A stretch of 54,566 bases of DNA, taken from a virus. Lineage: Duplodnaviria > Caudoviricetes. The translations under genes and the position numbers were made by a program. The notes below the pieces were generated by a model. It searched no databases. It saw only the letters and a program-made list of their open reading frames with translations, and was not told where the DNA came from. Each line of letters opens with the position of its first letter. Positions within the stretch are counted from its first letter, which is position 1. The stretch spans positions 1 to 54,566 of IMG/VR virus record IMGVR_UViG_3300021368_000438; one strand, given 5' to 3'. Shown here in pieces: positions 18,535 to 27,032 of the stretch.

Positions 18535-20112
18535 CTACGATCCGAGGATGTTATAACTAAATACAACCTCTAAATTTGCGCCCGAACTGTTGTTTGTAAC
18601 GATAAAGCCAATGTCACGAGCGACTGAGGTACAGTCGATTTCTAAATACTGAGCGTTGTTTAGAATGTTTGTCGTGCCAGAAGCTGATGCGTTGTAAGTA
18701 TTACTGTTGGCTATCGCTGTCGTTCCAGACATCGGTTGAATTGTACATGTTCCACCTGTGGTTGCCGCGTAAACGCCCGTGATTTGTATCTTTTGACCAA
18801 AGACTTTCTTTATCACAAAGTTTGCATTCGATGGGCTGGAAACTTTTAGATACATACAGTCTGATGAAAGAACAGTCGGTAGCTGTGTCGATGGTAGTTT
18901 GCCAGAGCTATCAAGAGTTGCGACACCGTTTGCCGCACCTTTCTGGGTTAGGGATATTTTTGTACTTAGATCAAGATCGCCGTATTCTAACGACGTCCCT
19001 GTAGAGTTAACTCGTACATACTGACTTGCGTTAGATGTTGTGAATGTTGGTAATGTGCTTTCTGTAGACGTTCGTATCCATTGAGTGCCGTCATAAAATT
19101 TAAGGACGTCTACCGCTGCTGACGTGTCGTGCCAAAGATCACCTGTTGATGGGCTGCTTGGAGACGACCCTGAGACAGTTAAATTTGCTTTGCCAGACAA
19201 GCCTGCTGCCAGACCAGACACTTTTGCCTGGGCAATAGCGTTGTCTGCAATGCCGATCTTAGCAAAGTTTATCAAACCAGTCGTTGCAGTAACATACTCA
19301 GATTCAAGCATAAGCCCCGTAACGGCTGTTGTCGCAGTGTTCTCAACCAATATGATAGTTATTAGGTTGCCAGACGGTACGGCTGAGTTAAAATTTACGC
19401 TGTTACTTGCAGGGTTTGTTGTGTAGTCAAATGAACCACCGTCGCGCTGAAGTATTCCGTTCTTGTAAACTTGTAAAACGCTTTCATCCGTATGAACAAA
19501 AGGAAAAGCAGCCTGACTTGAAGTGGTAAGGGTGTCAGTTCTGGTAAAACCAGTAATAGCGTTTGATCTTACTTTGTATATTGATACTGTTGTGTTCGCA
19601 TTCACATAAGGTGTGGTGTTAAATGTAACCGCGCCAACCCCACCTGTGCCTGCGGTTGGGCTAGAAACGTAATCGTTAGAACCGCCTGCTCTTTTGAGCA
19701 CACCGTCAACATAAACGACAAGCTCATCAGTAGACTCGTGAGCGTAATCAAATACAGTTTGACCAGAGGTTACAGTGTAGTCTGTCCGAGCATGGAAAAT
19801 AGGTGCGCCGATTGTACCAGCCGTTACGCCAGAAGCTCCGCGAATGTCTGCGTTTGAAGCTATTGTAATCCAGCCAGAGGTTGTGTCGCCGTATGTTCCA
19901 ACCCGATACTGCAACCCAGCATCGCTGTCTCTACGAAATTCTACTGGCCCAATCCAGTTTCCAGCCGTGTCAAAAATAGTGGCAAGTAATTCGCCAACTG
20001 TCTTTTCTCCCAACTCTGCGGAGTTTAAATAACGGACAACACTTTCAAATTCGGTGTTAATGTTTCCGCTACTACCATAGTTTTGGGGGTATTGTTGCCG
20101 TAACCTTGCCAT
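18535..20112 (-). CDS. Tail fibre/tail structural protein (525 aa)
   Basis: Repeated beta modules (VYVDGVL, VYKNGIL), PSSPSTGDLWHD and GAANGVATLDSSGK tail-fibre motifs. Confidence 0.7.
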   Translation of the reverse strand: MARLRQQYPQNYGSSGNINTEFESVVRYLNSAELGEKTVGELLATIFDTAGNWIGPVEFRRDSDAGLQYRVGTYGDTTSGWITIASNADIRGASGVTAGTIGAPIFHARTDYTVTSGQTVFDYAHESTDELVVYVDGVLKRAGGSNDYVSSPTAGTGGVGAVTFNTTPYVNANTTVSIYKVRSNAITGFTRTDTLTTSSQAAFPFVHTDESVLQVYKNGILQRDGGSFDYTTNPASNSVNFNSAVPSGNLITIILVENTATTAVTGLMLESEYVTATTGLINFAKIGIADNAIAQAKVSGLAAGLSGKANLTVSGSSPSSPSTGDLWHDTSAAVDVLKFYDGTQWIRTSTESTLPTFTTSNASQYVRVNSTGTSLEYGDLDLSTKISLTQKGAANGVATLDSSGKLPSTQLPTVLSSDCMYLKVSSPSNANFVIKKVFGQKIQITGVYAATTGGTCTIQPMSGTTAIANSNTYNASASGTTNILNNAQYLEIDCTSVARDIGFIVTNNSSGANLEVVFSYNILGS

Positions 20113-20118
20113 CTTTTT

Positions 20119-21612
20119 TTATCCTTTCACCAGCACTGCGAAGCCGATAACCCTGAGAAGCCCTTCGCCGCTGTCAATTTTGAAGGTGTATTGAGCGGCC
20201 TTGTAACGATGACTCCATTTGCGTTCATACTGTTTACTTAATGCCACGCCGACGAAGTGATTGTCGTCCTTGGTATCATCGACTTCAAAGACCAAAGAGC
20301 CTAGTTGATTGCCGTTTAGGTCTTGGGCATCCATTGTGACCATACCCTTTCCAGCAGCTTGTAATATTATTGAGTGAGTTTCTTTGGTTCTGCTTAAACT
20401 TCCGTGCCAGAGGAGAGGCGTTGTAAAAGAAACTGTTGGGTTAAAACCATCAACGCTTTCTATTTTGTTTACGTTGTAAACGCCGCCGTTCGTGCCGAAT
20501 ACTAAGTCGCCAGCAAGGAAAGAACCGCATCGAGAATTAATAAAGCTGCCTGTACTAAATTTAGGGGCAGGGGCTTCTCCTTCTGGGTTGAGGGTAAGGG
20601 TAAGTCTTTTGCACGTATCTCCTTGCGGAAAGAAAATGTGATACTGCGCCTCATCCTGATCGAAGACTGCTGATATTTCCTGTGAGTTTGCAACACTGTT
20701 AAAGAGTTTTCGATACAAAAGGTCTACTTTGTCAGACAAGCTGAAGCTGTACACCAAGATACCGTTTTCTTCAGAACGTTTGATCGAGTGAATGCCAGAG
20801 CGAGAGCAAAAGATTAAATCTGTCCCAGCGTTTACAATTGTGTTGTGGCTGGCGCAGCCGATGTTGATAAATGTGTCGTCGTCTAACTGCCAGTTGTCTA
20901 TATTTGTATCGATCTTGTAAATGATTGCTCGGTCAGCGGTAAATAATACTAGCCTGTTCTGCTCGAAAGACCCTAAAGCTGTAATTTCGTCAGCAGTACC
21001 AAGAAGGTTTGCAATATCGATGCGGCCAGCGCGTAAAACATTTTGGCTATCTGTAGGCTCGTCGTCTGGAAATATGTCGTCGTTGTTTACTCGACTTAGA
21101 TGTACCGTTGTGCCAGAATTTGAAACGCCAGCAACTGCCATGCGGCTTTGTACTGAAGTTACAAAAGCTGGAAGTAGGGTGTTTAGAGCGTCGGATTGAT
21201 TACGTGCAAATGATGCGCCGTCATAAAAGTAAACAGGGCGACCTTTGCTTGCAAGCTGAACTCTATTGTTAAAGATGGTAGATGTAATAACAGACCCAAG
21301 AGGGTGTACTTCATCTAGGTAGTGATCTGCGTCTGATTTAAAATTCATTGACGCACCTGTTTCTTCTGCCCAGACAACGCCATTTGATTTGTAGTGGATT
21401 AGATGTGTAACTTTAGCTGCTGAGTTTCTTAAAGATACGGATGGGTCTCTAACAATCTGACCGCGCCAATCACAATAAGCGTTGTCGATTGAGACCAGAT
21501 GCTGTTCTTTCCCTGTATCTAAAGACGTAATATCCCGACTGCTGTCGAGACCTTGAAAGTTCTCATAAGAAAACGTTTCGGTTTTTACGCCAGATGAAGA
21601 ATAGGTGCTCAT
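20119..21612 (-). CDS. Tail nozzle / DNA stabilisation protein (P22 gp10 or T7 tubular B-like)
   Basis: Beta-rich, about 500 aa; FQGL at N-terminus; IGCASHNTIV motif; follows adaptor gene. Confidence 0.65.
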   Translation of the reverse strand: MSTYSSSGVKTETFSYENFQGLDSSRDITSLDTGKEQHLVSIDNAYCDWRGQIVRDPSVSLRNSAAKVTHLIHYKSNGVVWAEETGASMNFKSDADHYLDEVHPLGSVITSTIFNNRVQLASKGRPVYFYDGASFARNQSDALNTLLPAFVTSVQSRMAVAGVSNSGTTVHLSRVNNDDIFPDDEPTDSQNVLRAGRIDIANLLGTADEITALGSFEQNRLVLFTADRAIIYKIDTNIDNWQLDDDTFINIGCASHNTIVNAGTDLIFCSRSGIHSIKRSEENGILVYSFSLSDKVDLLYRKLFNSVANSQEISAVFDQDEAQYHIFFPQGDTCKRLTLTLNPEGEAPAPKFSTGSFINSRCGSFLAGDLVFGTNGGVYNVNKIESVDGFNPTVSFTTPLLWHGSLSRTKETHSIILQAAGKGMVTMDAQDLNGNQLGSLVFEVDDTKDDNHFVGVALSKQYERKWSHRYKAAQYTFKIDSGEGLLRVIGFAVLVKG

Positions 21613-22223
21613 GTAGATGTTGTTCCATTAATGACAGACGTGTTTACGCCAGTAGAATTTGCTGGGTTTGTGCCGTCATCCACCACTCTCATCTGAATAG
21701 GTGTGTTGCCGTTAAGCGCTCTCCACAACTGTTGATTCAAAGTTCTAAAGTAGCTTGGCATATATATCTCAGCTTTGCTGCTGCCTTGCTGCAATGAATA
21801 ATGCGCCAATAAGCCAGCAACTATGATCTGATCGTCAACGTCTCGTGTCTCTTCGACTGAGCGATAGTACTCAATAATGTCGGGAGACGTGGAGACTGTA
21901 CCAGATGCACTGGTGTAAGTTGTTCTTGGCGCATAAGCATGTTGTCTGACATCGTCGATGACCATGTTAGCAAACTCAAGAAACATAAGAAGGACATCAC
22001 CATCTACCGTCGTGGCATTAAAGTCTCCGAAACGACGAAGCGCCTGCATTGATAAAGTACGCAACGGAGAGTTACCGTTTGTTATGTGGGGGTTCGTCTG
22101 ACTGTCTGGGCGTTGTGTTAATGTTTGGCTGCTTGTTGTGTGGGTTGCCCCAGACATCAACACGCCACCCATAGTGTGCGTTTCTCCCGTGTACAAACTG
22201 CCGTCTGGTAGATAGTAAGCCAT
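21609..22223 (-). CDS. Head-tail adaptor (tubular A-like) with His/Thr-rich N-terminal appendage
   Basis: QALRRFG and IVAGLLAHY helices; position between capsid and nozzle genes. Confidence 0.55.
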   Translation of the reverse strand: MAYYLPDGSLYTGETHTMGGVLMSGATHTTSSQTLTQRPDSQTNPHITNGNSPLRTLSMQALRRFGDFNATTVDGDVLLMFLEFANMVIDDVRQHAYAPRTTYTSASGTVSTSPDIIEYYRSVEETRDVDDQIIVAGLLAHYSLQQGSSKAEIYMPSYFRTLNQQLWRALNGNTPIQMRVVDDGTNPANSTGVNTSVINGTTST

Positions 22224-22226
22224 TGG

Positions 22227-22529
22227 TTATGCCTTCCGTACAATACGTGCGTTCATGCAAAAGTGATGTTGTTCAAATCTTTCGACGTCAGATGCTTCGA
22301 CCTTGTATTCAAGGCGACCGCTTGTGAAGTTTCTGATCGGATTAATGCCAGCGACGGGAAACATCGAAGGCTCTTTTTCTCTACTTTCAAACCAAACAAA
22401 GTCGTCTGACTTCTTTGCTGGCTCTTGTTCCCATGCTTCGTTTACGTCTGGTGTGCTAGGGTCGTCTGACTTAAATGCACCTGTCTTAGTTCTGGCGCGT
22501 TTTCTTGTGGGGGCTTTTTTCTCAGCCAT
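22227..22529 (-). CDS. Conserved hypothetical virion-associated protein
   Basis: RARTKTGAFKSDDPSTPDVNEAW motif; GGAG RBS. Confidence 0.6.
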   Translation of the reverse strand: MAEKKAPTRKRARTKTGAFKSDDPSTPDVNEAWEQEPAKKSDDFVWFESREKEPSMFPVAGINPIRNFTSGRLEYKVEASDVERFEQHHFCMNARIVRKA

Positions 22530-22540
22530 TGATTATCTCC

Positions 22541-22571
22541 AAAAGGTTAAAGGGGCGCAGTACGCCCCTTC
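22541..22571 (-). terminator. Rho-independent terminator after major capsid gene
   Basis: AAGGGGCG-TACTG-CGCCCCTT followed by TAACCTTTT on the minus strand. Confidence 0.7.
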
Positions 22572-22603
22572 ATTATCGTTTATTAGGACAAGATAGTCGT
22601 CCT
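22572..22603 (-). promoter_or_regulatory. Putative late promoter AGGACGAC-N18-GATAAT
   Basis: Motif 22596-22603, -10 at 22572-22577. Confidence 0.7.
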
Positions 22604-23793
22604 TATGATCTGGAGTTCCAGCCTTTAACATATGCGTGAACTTTGTCTTGCAAGAGTTCTAAACCACACTCGGTTAGATACTCGTGCTTGACGCTGTCAG
22701 CATCAGGTGACTGACGATTTTCCAATAGTTGTGTGTCACGACCTTCTAGGTAGCGATATGACAAGTATGGGAAGTCTACGATCACCATTGCGTTCTTCAT
22801 ATGATCAAGCTGACGGAACTGCGGATGCAGATGAACCATTAAATCACCAGCGAACGTGGTGTATTTAATTAAGTTCACCCCGTAACTGCCTTCAACTGAA
22901 GTTGGCTGCCACCGATCTTTACCCATTTGCTGTAGCTGGTTAGCAACTGTTTCACCTACGAAAGCAATCTTTTGGTTGCTTCCATATTTAAACACAGTTG
23001 ACATTAACAGACTGTCAAAACCTTCTTCAGACATTTTACCAGCAGATGCGCCACCATAGGAAGCGTAATCAGTAGTGATGTCCACAACGTTAGTTAAGGA
23101 GTTGACAAGACCGCCAGTGTAGCGTGTAGGTGCGCTAGATGAGCCGTTTGCTTCATGCTTGTTCCCAAAAAACATTGCTCGCTCGATGTCGGACATATGT
23201 AATTTAAGAGCTTTAGTCATGCTCTCATCCATCTTGTCCCCAGTACGCAAGTAAGTTGAACTTAACGTATTTGAGACTTGGAAGGCTGTACGAAAAATTT
23301 GTGTGTAGTTCGATACAACGCTTGCGTCGAATGAGATTGCTGTTGGTGATGATGCACCTTCAGCCGCTGCATAACCAGACACAAAAAGCTTTGCGTTGTC
23401 GGCAATCTGGTGAGTCGTGCCGCCAATATTACGAGTTACAGTCAGCGTTGTTGCTGTTGTATCCGCAGTTGCCTGCATGACTTCGCCAGTTGTCTGGTTG
23501 ATGATAATAGAACCACTGATTGCAAACTTGTTGTCGTCGCCTGCATCGATAGTGATTGATGTGGTTGATGTAGAGGCTACTGCTCCGTTAACCGTTAAAA
23601 CACGGTCAGGAAGTTCGTCTCTAAAGTTTTTGTACTCTGGATCGTCTGTACTCTCAGACGAACCCATAGACAACAATGCGTTAAGAGGCGCATTGCCGTT
23701 TGGTTCTAACAGGGTGAAAAGCTCCCTGTAGTTCTTTGGACGGAAATCAGATGAGAACTCGCCTGATCCGCGCATACCTTGAATTGCAGCCAT
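22603..23793 (-). CDS. Major capsid protein (HK97 fold, DUF5309/SU10-like)
   Basis: NYTQIF, HMSDIERAMFFG, TGG and YLTECGLE motifs; strong AGGAG RBS; followed by terminator. Confidence 0.9.
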   Translation of the reverse strand: MAAIQGMRGSGEFSSDFRPKNYRELFTLLEPNGNAPLNALLSMGSSESTDDPEYKNFRDELPDRVLTVNGAVASTSTTSITIDAGDDNKFAISGSIIINQTTGEVMQATADTTATTLTVTRNIGGTTHQIADNAKLFVSGYAAAEGASSPTAISFDASVVSNYTQIFRTAFQVSNTLSSTYLRTGDKMDESMTKALKLHMSDIERAMFFGNKHEANGSSSAPTRYTGGLVNSLTNVVDITTDYASYGGASAGKMSEEGFDSLLMSTVFKYGSNQKIAFVGETVANQLQQMGKDRWQPTSVEGSYGVNLIKYTTFAGDLMVHLHPQFRQLDHMKNAMVIVDFPYLSYRYLEGRDTQLLENRQSPDADSVKHEYLTECGLELLQDKVHAYVKGWNSRS

Positions 23794-23881
23794 GATAAAA
23801 ACTCCTTTGGCTTGGTGTTGCGATAAATTTTCTCAGGTGAGCGTTACGGAAATACCATCGTGTTGCTCGATAAGTCGATCT

Positions 23882-23943
23882 GGCCGTAGCGAGAACGTGT
23901 GACTCAAAGGCAGAATAGTAACGAGATGACTACAAGTCGTCCT
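23882..23943 (-). promoter_or_regulatory. Putative late promoter AGGACGAC-N18-TATTCT plus leader motif CGCTACGGCC
   Basis: Motif 23936-23943, -10 at 23912-23917, leader motif 23882-23891. Confidence 0.7.
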
Positions 23944-23949
23944 TTTAGA

Positions 23950-24150
23950 TTATTTTTTCTTCCAACTTATACGTTTACTGCTCGTTTTTTTACGGGCGTT
24001 GCTATTGCACTGCGCTTTAGTTGGGCGACAGGCTGGGTAAGACTTACGTTTTTCGCCCTTCTTACGACCGCATGGCTTGCCTGTCTTACAGTCAATCCAT
24101 CCTTTGCCTTTGTTTCGGCCAAACCATTTCTTTAGACTGTCGCTTGCCAT
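23950..24150 (-). CDS. Small basic Cys-containing protein (66 aa)
   Basis: SLKKWF...KPCGR...YPACRP; start coupled (TAATG) to the upstream stop. Confidence 0.75.
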   Translation of the reverse strand: MASDSLKKWFGRNKGKGWIDCKTGKPCGRKKGEKRKSYPACRPTKAQCNSNARKKTSSKRISWKKK

Positions 24151-24314
24151 TACTTTTTCTTTTTAGATTTATTGCCCCAGTTCTTTGCGCCAACCTTGCG
24201 GCACTTAACTAGAGCGCCAGATGCGTATGCTGACGGCCAGACTTTGTACCTTGCCTTTACTTTACTGTAGCAAGCATCTTTTTTAGCTGTTTTCTTTTTC
24301 TTTTTTGCAGCCAT
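24150..24314 (-). CDS. Small basic protein (54 aa), MAAKKKKKTAKKDACYSKVKARYKVWPSAYASGALVKCRKVGAKNWGNKSKKKK
   Basis: Hand-translated, below the ORF track cutoff; TAATG coupling at both ends; WPSAYASG motif. Confidence 0.8.
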   Translation of the reverse strand: MAAKKKKKTAKKDACYSKVKARYKVWPSAYASGALVKCRKVGAKNWGNKSKKKK

Positions 24315-24400
24315 TACTTCATTGCACAAGGACAGGTCGGGTGTTTCATGTTACCCGACCGTGTCTTCTTGGCGACCTTTCGTGTCATGGGGGACTTCAT
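24314..24400 (-). CDS. Basic micro-protein (28 aa), MKSPMTRKVAKKTRSGNMKHPTCPCAMK
   Basis: Hand-translated; stop overlaps next start (TAATG); start lies 1 nt after the previous stop. Confidence 0.6.
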   Translation of the reverse strand: MKSPMTRKVAKKTRSGNMKHPTCPCAMK

Positions 24401-24401
24401 T

Positions 24402-24467
24402 TTATTTTTTCTTTTTCTTTTTAAGAAAAGCTGGCTTTTTTTTGACTGACTTTTTCATTCCACGCAT
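24402..24467 (-). CDS. Basic micro-protein (21 aa), MRGMKKSVKKKPAFLKKKKKK
   Basis: Hand-translated; overlaps the 3' end of the upstream gene in another frame; AGGGA upstream. Confidence 0.5.
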   Translation of the reverse strand: MRGMKKSVKKKPAFLKKKKKK

Positions 24468-24972
24468 TGAAAACATCCCTTCTGTTATTGATGTATGCCA
24501 TGTCCTCTTTCGAAAACGATTTATAGTATCCAGTCTTGCGAAGCTTGTTCGATGCCCTCACAAGATGCTCCAATGATTGCACAAGAATAAGTGCGTAGTC
24601 GTCCTCTACGATGCCTTCAAACGCTGGTGTCATTGCATTTTCTTCACTGTCTGGATGGAAGCCCATAAGCCAAATACCAAAGTGATTTTTGTTTTGATCT
24701 TCCAGCCAATCGTTAAACTCGTCTGGCGTCATTTGCTCGTAATCGAGCCAAGCAACGATGTGGACGAGCTTGTCTGTAGGGTCGGAGGCAGCTTTAATTT
24801 CTACCACTGGGTCAAGGCTAAAGACCAAATGAAGTAGTACGTTGTTTTTAGCCCATGCTTCTTTTGCAAAAGGGCAGGCTGGAAGACCCCCGAAAATTTC
24901 GAGTGGTGCTTCTATAGCTTCTTCAGACCATTTAAGTATTTCTTGAACAAGGTCTTTATATTCCATCAACAC
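24421..24972 (-). CDS. DUF1415-like protein
   Basis: CPFA motif and FHPD motif; acidic. Confidence 0.6.
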   Translation of the reverse strand: MLMEYKDLVQEILKWSEEAIEAPLEIFGGLPACPFAKEAWAKNNVLLHLVFSLDPVVEIKAASDPTDKLVHIVAWLDYEQMTPDEFNDWLEDQNKNHFGIWLMGFHPDSEENAMTPAFEGIVEDDYALILVQSLEHLVRASNKLRKTGYYKSFSKEDMAYINNRRDVFNAWNEKVSQKKASFS

Positions 24973-25241
24973 TTCCAGCGTCTACGCGCAGCGCAGATGC
25001 GTTTTTTAGGTGTTTTACTGCATGAGATATTGTGCATTTTCATCTGACCAGCAGAACGAGAGCAGTAAGATGACTTACGTTTACCACCGCCTGGTTGGGG
25101 TGCTTTAAGTTTAGAGCCGCAAGCTTTATTGTATTTAGCCCTGCCTTTAGCTGTTAGACCAGCGCCTTGTGATGCTGGTTTCTTTTCTCCCTTTTTTACT
25201 GAGAGGGAAACATTGCAACGCTTTTTCTTCTTTGCAGCCAT
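24966..25241 (-). CDS. Small basic Cys-rich protein (91 aa)
   Basis: GAGLTAKGRAKYN...GSKLKAP...RKSSYCSRS...ARRRWKC; AAGGA RBS. Confidence 0.8.
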   Translation of the reverse strand: MAAKKKKRCNVSLSVKKGEKKPASQGAGLTAKGRAKYNKACGSKLKAPQPGGGKRKSSYCSRSAGQMKMHNISCSKTPKKRICAARRRWKC

Positions 25242-25253
25242 ATATCTTTCCTT

Positions 25254-25280
25254 AAAAAAATGCTCCCCCGAAGGGGAGCT
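25254..25280 (-). terminator. Rho-independent terminator after scaffold gene
   Basis: GCTCCCC-TTCG-GGGGAGC then ATTTTTTT on the minus strand. Confidence 0.85.
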
Positions 25281-25294
25281 AGTTGGGAGCAGAA

Positions 25295-26308
25295 CTATGA
25301 AAGCCCCTTGTTTGCCATAGCCTTAGAGGCAAATTCATCAAAGCGAGAGGGTTGAGGCGTCTCTCCTACTGGCCCTGATGTTGGTGTCGAGCCGAAAGAA
25401 CCTGTCATTGCCTGTCGTCTTTTGGCAATATTCATAATTCTTTCCATCTCAGGACTGTTAAGATTGTTTTTAAAGTCAGTCATAACTCTAAGCGTTAGAC
25501 TTGGATTGATAAAATCTTCCATTGTGTAACCGCGCTCCGCAGCAAATGCCATAAATGGCTCTGCTTGTTCGTCTGGAATGTTAAGGTGTTGCTGAACACG
25601 GTCTACGTTTGTTGCGATTGTTTTTTGAATGGCATCTACTTGAGCGTTCTCGGATTGTTGAACGCCAGCTTTTGCTGCATCTGCTACCCCTTGAGACTGA
25701 GCAAGTACCGCTTGAAGAAGCTGCTGTGTTTGGCCTAGTTGCTTTTGCATTGCTGCCATTGTCTGGCCTTGTCCAGTAGCGCCTGCCATCATTTCTTTGT
25801 ACAGAGGAGGAAGTGTAGCGGCGTTGTCTTTCTCCCATTTCGCCATTGCTGCATCCATATCTTCGGGTGGAGGAGCGTCTCCAGACTTTTCTCCTTTTGT
25901 ATTTCCCAATGTCGGATTGGATGATTGCCCTTTAATTAGAGCGTCTAGCTTATCTGCTACTTGTTTGCTCGATGCGTTGGGGTTCGCCTTCATTAACTTT
26001 TCAGCCAGATTGAAGATTGGCGACATCTGCATATGCTTGTGGTTGAGGGCAGCATAGCGATCCATCGTCGAGCTTATTTGTTTTGCGCTGAGTTGTTTGC
26101 CGTTAATATCATACGTGATAGCTTCAGCATCCATCTTGTCAGCTTCAGTATCAGGACTTCCCTTTGCGGAGGCTTTATCCTCGGCTGAGTCCTTTGCTTC
26201 TGGTGCAGGCGCGGCTTGTTGCGGCACTTGCGGTTGTACGCCCATTTGTTGAGACGCAATCTTATCGATTGCTGCTGCTGCTTGTTGGGGGTCTTGAGGT
26301 TTTGCCAT
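25295..26308 (-). CDS. Capsid scaffolding protein
   Basis: Low-complexity N-terminus, YDINGKQ motif, coiled coil, upstream of MCP; AAGGAG RBS. Confidence 0.75.
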   Translation of the reverse strand: MAKPQDPQQAAAAIDKIASQQMGVQPQVPQQAAPAPEAKDSAEDKASAKGSPDTEADKMDAEAITYDINGKQLSAKQISSTMDRYAALNHKHMQMSPIFNLAEKLMKANPNASSKQVADKLDALIKGQSSNPTLGNTKGEKSGDAPPPEDMDAAMAKWEKDNAATLPPLYKEMMAGATGQGQTMAAMQKQLGQTQQLLQAVLAQSQGVADAAKAGVQQSENAQVDAIQKTIATNVDRVQQHLNIPDEQAEPFMAFAAERGYTMEDFINPSLTLRVMTDFKNNLNSPEMERIMNIAKRRQAMTGSFGSTPTSGPVGETPQPSRFDEFASKAMANKGLS

Positions 26309-26326
26309 AATAACTCCTTATACCTC

Positions 26327-26391
26327 GGCCATAGCGGAGGCGGCTTGTGTGTGATGTCATTATGGCTGAGTTTATGTAGGGTTGTCGTCCT
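26327..26391 (-). promoter_or_regulatory. Putative late promoter AGGACGAC-N19-CATAAT plus leader motif CGCTATGGCC
   Basis: Motif 26384-26391, -10 at 26359-26364, leader motif 26327-26336. Confidence 0.7.
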
Positions 26392-26632
26392 TCTGACCGA
26401 GCGCAATTTCACTTTCAATCTTTGATCTCAGACGAGCTGGTATGTCGAGCAAAGCTTTTGCCGCAAAGATGCTGCCCCTGCGAAAATTAATCTCGTCTAG
26501 CGTCATGCTTGGGTTTTCTGCAATAGCCATAGCAGATGAGACAATCTCATCTTCCATAACTCTACGAATAACAATCCAACCCTTCGACTTAACAAGGGTC
26601 TCGATTGCAGCCAGTTCTGCTTTTGGGGTCAC
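26372..26632 (-). CDS. Small head-assembly-region protein (86 aa)
   Basis: SKGW..I and FRRG motifs typical of the small gene before a podovirus scaffold; GTGA coupling. Confidence 0.6.
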   Translation of the reverse strand: MTPKAELAAIETLVKSKGWIVIRRVMEDEIVSSAMAIAENPSMTLDEINFRRGSIFAAKALLDIPARLRSKIESEIALGQKDDNPT

Positions 26633-26748
26633 TTCTTGCGGCTACTCTTAGCTTTGCCAGCCATTACTGCGCCGTGTCCTTTTTTACCAGACGACGTTTT
26701 GTGCGGTATGCTGCCCATGTACGGCTTAAAGTTTGGTTGCTTACCCAT
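26629..26748 (-). CDS. Basic micro-protein (39 aa), MGKQPNFKPYMGSIPHKTSSGKKGHGAVMAGKAKSSRKK
   Basis: Hand-translated; AAGGAGG RBS; stop overlaps next GTG. Confidence 0.75.
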   Translation of the reverse strand: MGKQPNFKPYMGSIPHKTSSGKKGHGAVMAGKAKSSRKK

Positions 26749-26773
26749 ATGTTCCTCCTTTAATTGCACTGCA

Positions 26774-26805
26774 AGGATACACTATTATTTTTCTACTATC
26801 GTCCT
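26774..26805 (-). promoter_or_regulatory. Putative late promoter AGGACGAT-N18-TATCCT
   Basis: Motif 26798-26805, -10 at 26774-26779. Confidence 0.6.
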
Positions 26806-27032
26806 TCTATAAGACGATCTATTTTTGCGTCTAATGCGTCCAGACGATCCATGAGCCTAGACATGTCGTGATTGACTTCTGCCTTTGTAACGTACTCTTT
26901 TGCCATTTCCTCACGGGTACGGTTCAATAATATCTGCAAACGCTTTTGCTCCTCAATATAGCTACGCACTGTCCAGACAAGTAGACCAAGAGCGGCGGTT
27001 AAAACGCTGCTCCATATGATCTCCACTTGCAT
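26796..27032 (-). CDS. Single-TM coiled-coil protein (78 aa)
   Basis: N-terminal TM; REEMAKEYVTK...LDAKIDRL. Confidence 0.65.
   Translation of the reverse strand: MQVEIIWSSVLTAALGLLVWTVRSYIEEQKRLQILLNRTREEMAKEYVTKAEVNHDMSRLMDRLDALDAKIDRLIEGR

Noticed and set aside
20263-20270. AGGACGAC match inside the nozzle gene
   Set aside because: Encodes K-D-D and has no convincing -10 at 18-19 nt.
24598-24605. AGGACGAC match inside the DUF1415-like gene
   Set aside because: Encodes E-D-D with only a weak -10; not counted among the seven.
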